DNA of 64,000 nucleotides from a virus (Duplodnaviria; Heunggongvirae; Uroviricota; Caudoviricetes): IMG/VR virus record IMGVR_UViG_3300037418_002962, positions 90,650 to 154,649 of that record; one strand, 5' to 3'. Shown piece by piece: positions 58,959 to 64,000 of this stretch (position 1 is its first letter; each line of letters starts with the position of its first letter). The notes under the pieces were generated by a model. It saw only the letters and a program-made list of their open reading frames with translations, ran no database searches and was not told where the DNA came from. The position numbers and the translations under genes were made by a program.

Positions 58959-59619
58959 CCCAGACTTTCATTATGGTTTCTCCCGTATTCTGGATAAAAA
59001 TTTGTGGCTCTGGTAGGTCCGCTACAGCTATTAGAATTACCGTTTTTGGAACCGTTATCCCGATTCGCTCTGCAATCATCATAGCATAGCAAGTTGTTTG
59101 TAAAATATAATTTTCAATCCATTCCAACTTTTTCCTTTTCTTAGATGTTTTGAAATCGATGATAGATGGAATTCCATCCCATTCTGCAAAAAGGTCACAC
59201 CTACCTGCAGTTTTTAACCTATGAGAATAAAGACAAAATTCACTGTTATGGAGTGTGCTGATATGCCTGTCTAAGGCTCCCTTGATTTTGTTGAAAGAGG
59301 CTAGTGCCGTTGGCATTGCGCCTCTGGCATAGTTAGCCTCATTCAGCAGATAGCGTTCTGCAATAGCATGGACTTGTTTTCCTAGGTCCTTGGCAACCCC
59401 TGAAACCTTCCTTGCCTCTGTAGGTCCGACTCGGGCCTTCCAGGCTTCTAGGGCTTCATTGGGAAGCGATGATAACACCGTGGTCACAGAAGGATAGTAG
59501 GTATCTTCCCCTATGAGGTACTTTCTTTGGCCCAATTCATCAGTGATATCCTGTAGTTCTTCAAAATTGTACGGTTTATGTATGAAGATTGTTCTAGGGG
59601 ATTCCTGCCTCTTTAACAA
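58918..59619 (-). CDS. PD-(D/E)xK nuclease, RecB/Cas4-like family
   Basis: CDLFAEWD...IIDFKTSKK (D...D/ExK) and C-terminal ILQTTCY (QhxxY). Confidence 0.45.
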   Translation of the reverse strand: MLKRQESPRTIFIHKPYNFEELQDITDELGQRKYLIGEDTYYPSVTTVLSSLPNEALEAWKARVGPTEARKVSGVAKDLGKQVHAIAERYLLNEANYARGAMPTALASFNKIKGALDRHISTLHNSEFCLYSHRLKTAGRCDLFAEWDGIPSIIDFKTSKKRKKLEWIENYILQTTCYAMMIAERIGITVPKTVILIAVADLPEPQIFIQNTGETIMKVWDVFTSYDRGQNAI

Positions 59620-59647
59620 TTTATGTCTCTGGGAATTTTAATCTCTC

Positions 59648-60373
59648 CTAATCAAAAGTATTAAGCTCCGCGATAATGAATTCCTTAACAAATCCTGATC
59701 TCAAAATATCCTCAACTCCAAATTCGGTCTTTGAAATCGAATTAATCTTAGTCAAGACGGGAAGGATCTTTACCAGCCCAGATTCCTCACTATATCTAAC
59801 ACTAGTAAGGTCATCCTGCTTAATATCACCGCATATTATAATTCTAGCGTTATCTCCTACTCTTGTCAAGACTGTTTTTATTTCTTGGTACGATAAATTT
59901 TGGCATTCATCAAGAATGATAATTGCATCATTTAGTGTTGTTCCTCTTAGGAATGAGGTAGACTCAAATTCTAAAGTGTTCTTCTGTTTTAAAATGCTAT
60001 AGGCATCACCACGTTCGAAAAGATCATTACAGATAGAGATATAAGGAGTTTCGAATCTCTCCATTTTTTGTTGTGCAGTTCCTGGAAGAAAGCCAATGTT
60101 CTTTGAAGATTGGGCACTTCTAATGACTATGACCTTGTTATAGCTGGATTTCCCAGAATAAATCTCTTCAAATGCCAAAAACAAGCTTATAAAGCTTTTT
60201 CCAGATCCAGGAACGCCAAGAAGGAGTAAATTTTTACCATCATCATAATCATCAAAAACTTTTTCCTGATTATCGGTAAGAGGTTCTATCTTTTTCAGTC
60301 GTAAATCAAATGATTTTGGAGTCTGAGGCTGATATTGTTTTTTGGTTCTTCTTTTAGGTCTTGGTGCAGTCAA
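59648..60373 (-). CDS. phoH: PhoH-like ATPase
   Basis: LLLLGVPGSGKSF (Walker A), GFLPGT, ILDECQN (Walker B), LTRVGDNARIIICGDIKQDDL = PhoH signature order. Confidence 0.8.
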   Translation of the reverse strand: MTAPRPKRRTKKQYQPQTPKSFDLRLKKIEPLTDNQEKVFDDYDDGKNLLLLGVPGSGKSFISLFLAFEEIYSGKSSYNKVIVIRSAQSSKNIGFLPGTAQQKMERFETPYISICNDLFERGDAYSILKQKNTLEFESTSFLRGTTLNDAIIILDECQNLSYQEIKTVLTRVGDNARIIICGDIKQDDLTSVRYSEESGLVKILPVLTKINSISKTEFGVEDILRSGFVKEFIIAELNTFD

Positions 60374-60435
60374 TTTTTACTCCTTCTAAGTTGACATAAC
60401 AAATGTCAATCAAATTACATAATGTAAAGTGAAAC

Positions 60436-60675
60436 TTAAAAGGTGTTTATTGAACTCTGACTAATTCCTCTAGAATTTGATTTCTTTATGTCTTTCAGGA
60501 GATCTCTAAAGCCATTTTCAGGTTTCTGATGAAATCCTGTGATAACTCCAGGAGCCTTAACGTACTCTCTTACCATATTTGGATTTTTACTAACAAAATC
60601 TTCCATTTCACTGATAGTAAAGAAATGTTCTGTTACTTCATCTGTCTCAATATTTCTAAAGCTATATGCTGGCAT
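60436..60675 (-). CDS. hypothetical protein (79 aa)
   Basis: ORF track. Confidence 0.35.
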   Translation of the reverse strand: MPAYSFRNIETDEVTEHFFTISEMEDFVSKNPNMVREYVKAPGVITGFHQKPENGFRDLLKDIKKSNSRGISQSSINTF

Positions 60676-60683
60676 TGTACTCC

Positions 60684-60848
60684 TTAATAATAAGCTGCTG
60701 ATTCCTCAACTTCACGAAACTTATCATGAAGCTTGCTATTCCTGTCCTTCTTTCGTTGTTTCATGCGATTAGACTTAAAATCATCCCGTTCCCCAAAATC
60801 AAAATCATCATCAAATCGGTCACGATGCTGCTTGAAACTCTTACTCAT
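60684..60848 (-). CDS. small charged hypothetical protein (54 aa; not in ORF track)
   Basis: MSKSFKQHRDRFDDDFDFGERDDF...; fills an otherwise empty 200-nt gap. Confidence 0.25.
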   Translation of the reverse strand: MSKSFKQHRDRFDDDFDFGERDDFKSNRMKQRKKDRNSKLHDKFREVEESAAYY

Positions 60849-60874
60849 GATAGTAACTATTTAATCCTTTTCTG

Positions 60875-61315
60875 TTAGGTAAACTGAAGATTCAACTGAG
60901 GAAATGCCTTTGATACGAGTTCTGGGGTAATTCCCTCATAAGGAATTTTTTTATCCTTAACTGCAATCATAAGGGCTGCATCAAATTTGTCAATAGATTC
61001 TAGCATCTGAATATAAATTTCTTCCCGCTTAATCTGCTTTAGTGTCTTATGTTGTGGTACGCCCATGACAGAAATAAACAGATAGAATTTCTTTGCTTCC
61101 TGTTTAAGTCTGCCTTCACAATTTAATGCTGGTGATGGTTTATATGGGACTGGTCCAGATGGCAGTAGCCATTGGATTCGGTTATCAAATGCAAGCTGCA
61201 GAACCATTCTTAGCTCATGGCTATCATTCTGCCTTAGCCATTCGATTTTATCATTCTCATCTGGATATTTTACAGACTGTGCCAAAATTTCCGAAATACC
61301 AAGCGATCTTTTCAT
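60875..61315 (-). CDS. hypothetical protein (146 aa)
   Basis: ORF track. Confidence 0.4.
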   Translation of the reverse strand: MKRSLGISEILAQSVKYPDENDKIEWLRQNDSHELRMVLQLAFDNRIQWLLPSGPVPYKPSPALNCEGRLKQEAKKFYLFISVMGVPQHKTLKQIKREEIYIQMLESIDKFDAALMIAVKDKKIPYEGITPELVSKAFPQLNLQFT

Positions 61316-61317
61316 AT

Positions 61318-62187
61318 CTAAAACTCCTGTATCTGAGCCAGGAGAGACTTTAAATTATGCTTTATAAAATAATTAAAAATTTTTCCACGACTCTTATTAT
61401 GTTCTTGTTCAAAGTTAAAAATAACTTTCTCCTTAATATCATCAGGAATAAATGACAAATCAATTAGCCTTTCATTCCTTCTGTAATTATTTATGGTTTC
61501 TTCATCGCAAAATTCCTCTGGATCTTGCTCTAGCCACTCTAAAACTTTGATATCCCTGATTGGCTTCTGTCTGATGCCATTGATAAACGTATCATCAGGC
61601 ATTAGGAAGTTAGGGATACCATCTCCCTTATCACCCCTGATAATTTTTTCTTTCAGGAAAGCTGTTGGATTACCAATCACAATATCTTTCTTCTGGATTG
61701 GATCATATTGCTTGACATTAGAAAAAATTTGAAGTGCTCCAAAATCCTCATCAGCAGATATAATCAAAATGGGATCGCCTCCAAGCTGTTTACCATAGGT
61801 ATAGCAAATCACACCAATTATGTCATCAGCCTCTGTATTTTCAATCTTCATTACCCTGTAAGGAAAATATGTTACCAATTCCTCCAGTATATCATTGAGA
61901 ACCTTGAAGGCTACTGCCCAATCAATATCGCTTTCCTCCCGTTTTTCTTTCCTCTTGGCCTTATAGAAAGGAAAAATGTCCTTTCTCCAAAAATTCTTAT
62001 CATCACAAACTATGATTAGATCACCATAAGTTTTTTTATGTTTTGTGACATAAGAGAGAATTGAGGATAGTATCAACTCTCTGACTTTATCAGGATTGAT
62101 AATTGGTTCCATTCCATTGGCTTTCAATTCATATAAATGACGTGCAAGGCTCTTGTGAAAAGTTTGGGAAAAATCTAGTAATATCAT
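61318..62187 (-). CDS. rnh: RNase H / 5'-3' flap exonuclease (T4 rnh, FEN-1 family)
   Basis: MILLDFSQTF, TEADDIIGV, PILIISADEDFGALQIFSNVKQYDP, IRGDKGDGIPNF, end ...LLAQIQEF match remembered T4 RNase H throughout. Confidence 0.9.
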   Translation of the reverse strand: MILLDFSQTFHKSLARHLYELKANGMEPIINPDKVRELILSSILSYVTKHKKTYGDLIIVCDDKNFWRKDIFPFYKAKRKEKREESDIDWAVAFKVLNDILEELVTYFPYRVMKIENTEADDIIGVICYTYGKQLGGDPILIISADEDFGALQIFSNVKQYDPIQKKDIVIGNPTAFLKEKIIRGDKGDGIPNFLMPDDTFINGIRQKPIRDIKVLEWLEQDPEEFCDEETINNYRRNERLIDLSFIPDDIKEKVIFNFEQEHNKSRGKIFNYFIKHNLKSLLAQIQEF

Positions 62188-62567
62188 ACTGCAGTGTTAA
62201 TCCCAAACCTAATCATGCCGATGCTCATTTCATCCTCTGTCTCTGTCACATCAAAAATTTTATCTGATAGATTTTGTAAGGGATGAGGAATATCAGCTAT
62301 ACGACTAGCAGAACTCCTGACAGCATCATTAATCAGTGTAGTATCCTTCAGAAACCATGCACAGGGTTCAGGAACCTGAAAATTATGCTTCTTAAGAAGC
62401 TGAATATAGAAGTCAGTCATTTCCTGAACCACCATCTCTACATTTCTTTGTCTTAGTTCCTCTAGAGAAGGTGGAGCAGGTTCGAAAACCGATTTCATTC
62501 CAGGAAACAAAATTACATTATTAGCTGGATCAGTCGTGTTTGCAATCCATTCTTTTTTATTTTTCAT
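62184..62567 (-). CDS. hypothetical protein (127 aa)
   Basis: ORF track; overlaps the rnh start. Confidence 0.4.
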   Translation of the reverse strand: MKNKKEWIANTTDPANNVILFPGMKSVFEPAPPSLEELRQRNVEMVVQEMTDFYIQLLKKHNFQVPEPCAWFLKDTTLINDAVRSSASRIADIPHPLQNLSDKIFDVTETEDEMSIGMIRFGINTAV

Positions 62568-62588
62568 ATTAGGTCCTTTCTTTTAGAT

Positions 62589-63698
62589 TTATAGAACGCG
62601 AAGGAGAACAGTATCAGAACCAATTCTTCCAACTGCAGTGCTGGCCTTGGCTTTAATACCGTCCATAATCCTTCGCAATGTTACCTTGCCACCACTGACT
62701 ACCTCAGGCAGAATATCCTTTGCCCTTCCTGCTTTCTTAGTTATAGAGGTTTCTGGATCGAAATCATAAACAGTTGTACCCTTAACAGTCAATCCAGTTT
62801 CGGATTTAGCATGAAGCACAGTTAGGGCAGATGTTTTTGTATTGAACATATAAAGTGCCTTGGCCCCAACAATCTTGCTAGGATCGATACTGGCAATCTT
62901 AAGATTAATATCTTCCTTCTGATAATTAACCTTAGTGGTCAGACTGGAAGCACTTTTAACCTTTTTCTTCCTAGGCTTTCGTGCAGTTACCTTGTTTTCT
63001 CCAAAACGTTCGCAATCAGATACGATACTGGAGAAAAATTCAACATAATGTTTAATCTGAATTTTGCTCAGATGTGAGAAATATTCCTTTGCATCAGGAG
63101 AAGAAATCTGTGCGATCTGTGGCTTGAAATGTTCTCCGATGATGGCAGCAACCCGATTACTGGCCTTCTTTTCAGTAAGAAACTTATACATTGAAAATTC
63201 AGGCTTTTCACCAGTTTTAATCAACTCATCAACAATTTCCTCAATCTCACCAATGAGTTCAGAGGCATTGTTAAGAATATGGTCCTGGACAGTTTTCTTA
63301 GGAGTGAAATCTACCTCAATAACATTGTCCTGCTTAATAGCATTCACCAACTCAACGATACGTTTATTCAACCTATCGACAGTCTGTTTTGGCAGAATTG
63401 TTCCACGATTATGCATACGGGCAATTGCTGCCCAAACAGGAAGAATCTGACCATCAGGAACCTTCTTGAAGGCAGATGCCAGTTCCTTTGAATGATTTTT
63501 TTCAATATATTCAACAATCCATTCAATTGGCTCCCATACCTTCTTCCCAACAGGCTTATTTTTAAAATAGTAGGTATAATAGTTATAAGCCTTGCGAAGC
63601 TTGAAATCATTAGGGTCTAGGATTGCTTCTCCGATTTCCGGTTCATCTCCAAGCATTTGATCATCAATGCTGCTACGATTGCGAACGTTCAAGGTCAT
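62589..63698 (-). CDS. hypothetical protein (369 aa), probably an early/replication-module protein
   Basis: ORF track; no motif recognised. Confidence 0.4.
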   Translation of the reverse strand: MTLNVRNRSSIDDQMLGDEPEIGEAILDPNDFKLRKAYNYYTYYFKNKPVGKKVWEPIEWIVEYIEKNHSKELASAFKKVPDGQILPVWAAIARMHNRGTILPKQTVDRLNKRIVELVNAIKQDNVIEVDFTPKKTVQDHILNNASELIGEIEEIVDELIKTGEKPEFSMYKFLTEKKASNRVAAIIGEHFKPQIAQISSPDAKEYFSHLSKIQIKHYVEFFSSIVSDCERFGENKVTARKPRKKKVKSASSLTTKVNYQKEDINLKIASIDPSKIVGAKALYMFNTKTSALTVLHAKSETGLTVKGTTVYDFDPETSITKKAGRAKDILPEVVSGGKVTLRRIMDGIKAKASTAVGRIGSDTVLLRVL

Positions 63699-63754
63699 AA
63701 TTTCCTCATAAATTCAATTTATTAAAGACACCATAAGCTATTTTTTATGATTTG

Positions 63755-64000
63755 TCAAACCATAAAATTCTCAAGAAACATCTTTTTTCGCATGATAGGT
63801 CTAATTTCCTCATCATAAAGCTTAAAATTATCAATAGGAGGATAAAGAGTTGAATCTAATGGATTATTATGTGTGGAAAGTATATCTCGTAAATATTTTA
63901 ATTGATTTCCAAGAACATTTTGTCCAACTAAAATATTTTCATTTAATTTATCAGGAATTGCTCCCCAATAGTTATCTTTTTTTGATTTTTCTACAATGTC
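63755..64000 (-). CDS. hypothetical protein, 5' end beyond the window edge
   Basis: Open minus-strand frame from the window end down to a TGA (plus-strand TCA) at 63755-63757. Confidence 0.3.
   Translation of the reverse strand, partial: DIVEKSKKDNYWGAIPDKLNENILVGQNVLGNQLKYLRDILSTHNNPLDSTLYPPIDNFKLYDEEIRPIMRKKMFLENFMV

Noticed and set aside
62589-63698. gp32 / gp59 identity for the 369-aa protein upstream of rnh
   Set aside because: No resemblance to the T4 gp32 zinc-site region or the gp59 N-terminus as I recall them, and the size does not fit; synteny alone is insufficient

Overview
This window is a gene-dense, AT-rich (roughly 30-35% GC by eye) stretch of a T4-like (Tevenvirinae-type) myovirus genome, with no sign of host chromosome. 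Identifications rest on motifs and on T4 protein sequences recalled from memory; no database search was run.

**Layout**
- Two rightward late/structural blocks (1-27050 and 34690-51990) alternate with two leftward early/metabolic blocks (27051-34640 and 52037-64000).
- The structural blocks carry gp25, gp6, gp7-like and gp8-like baseplate-wedge genes, and large tail-fibre-like genes (1562, 780 and 529 aa).
- They also carry neck genes (gp13-like, gp14-like), gp15, both terminase subunits (gp16, gp17), tail sheath gp18, tail tube gp19 and portal gp20.
- The head-morphogenesis genes are present too: prohead core proteins, prohead protease gp21, scaffold gp22 and major capsid gp23.
- T4-type late promoters (exact TATAAATA) sit in front of gp13, gp19, gp20, the gp67-like gene, gp22, gp23 and a small virion-gene pair. 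One more lies on the minus strand in front of an HNH homing-endonuclease gene.
- The leftward blocks encode dCMP deaminase, RNase H (rnh), PhoH, an NT5C-like HAD phosphatase, a RecB-family nuclease, and an HExxH metallopeptidase.
- They also encode an SPFH/band-7 membrane protein, a J-domain protein, a polymerase-beta-type nucleotidyltransferase-fold protein, one tRNA and many small hypothetical genes.
- Five homing-endonuclease-type genes are scattered through the window: two GIY-YIG, one HNH, one Vsr/DUF559-like multidomain nuclease, and one nuclease-less fragment.

**Most unusual content**
- Ten paralogous genes for R-S-E-class ADP-ribosyltransferases of the C3/VIP2/iota type are present. 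All carry the YxxxxYxxIN/Arg/STS/ExE motifs.
- Each begins with a T4-style capsid-targeting sequence (MK[ST][FY]K.LLE), the tag that directs head packaging and cleavage by the prohead protease.
- They form two tandem arrays of four plus two singletons, all wedged between conserved virion genes and chained to them by ATGA/TAATG overlaps.
- Their ARTT and PN target-recognition loops are hypervariable.
- An eleventh tagged gene encodes a protein with about nine 24-aa LRV/HEAT-like repeats.
- Together these look like a diversified arsenal of effectors packaged in the capsid and injected with the DNA, far larger than the Alt/ModA/ModB set of T4.

**Other oddities**
- The conserved N-termini of gp15 and portal gp20 lie upstream of, or out of frame with, any ATG. 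This implies an AUA start, a frameshift, or a sequencing error.
- Several genes are far more GC-rich than their surroundings (about 50% versus 30%): the SPFH gene, a 398-aa gene beside the tRNA, and to a lesser degree the major capsid gene.
- The tRNA has a short variable arm but a CAA (nominally Leu) anticodon.
- An exact 50-bp direct repeat lies inside a tail-fibre gene.
- A 300-bp non-coding island with a palindrome sits in front of gp15.
- A paralogous pair of small genes brackets the prohead protease.
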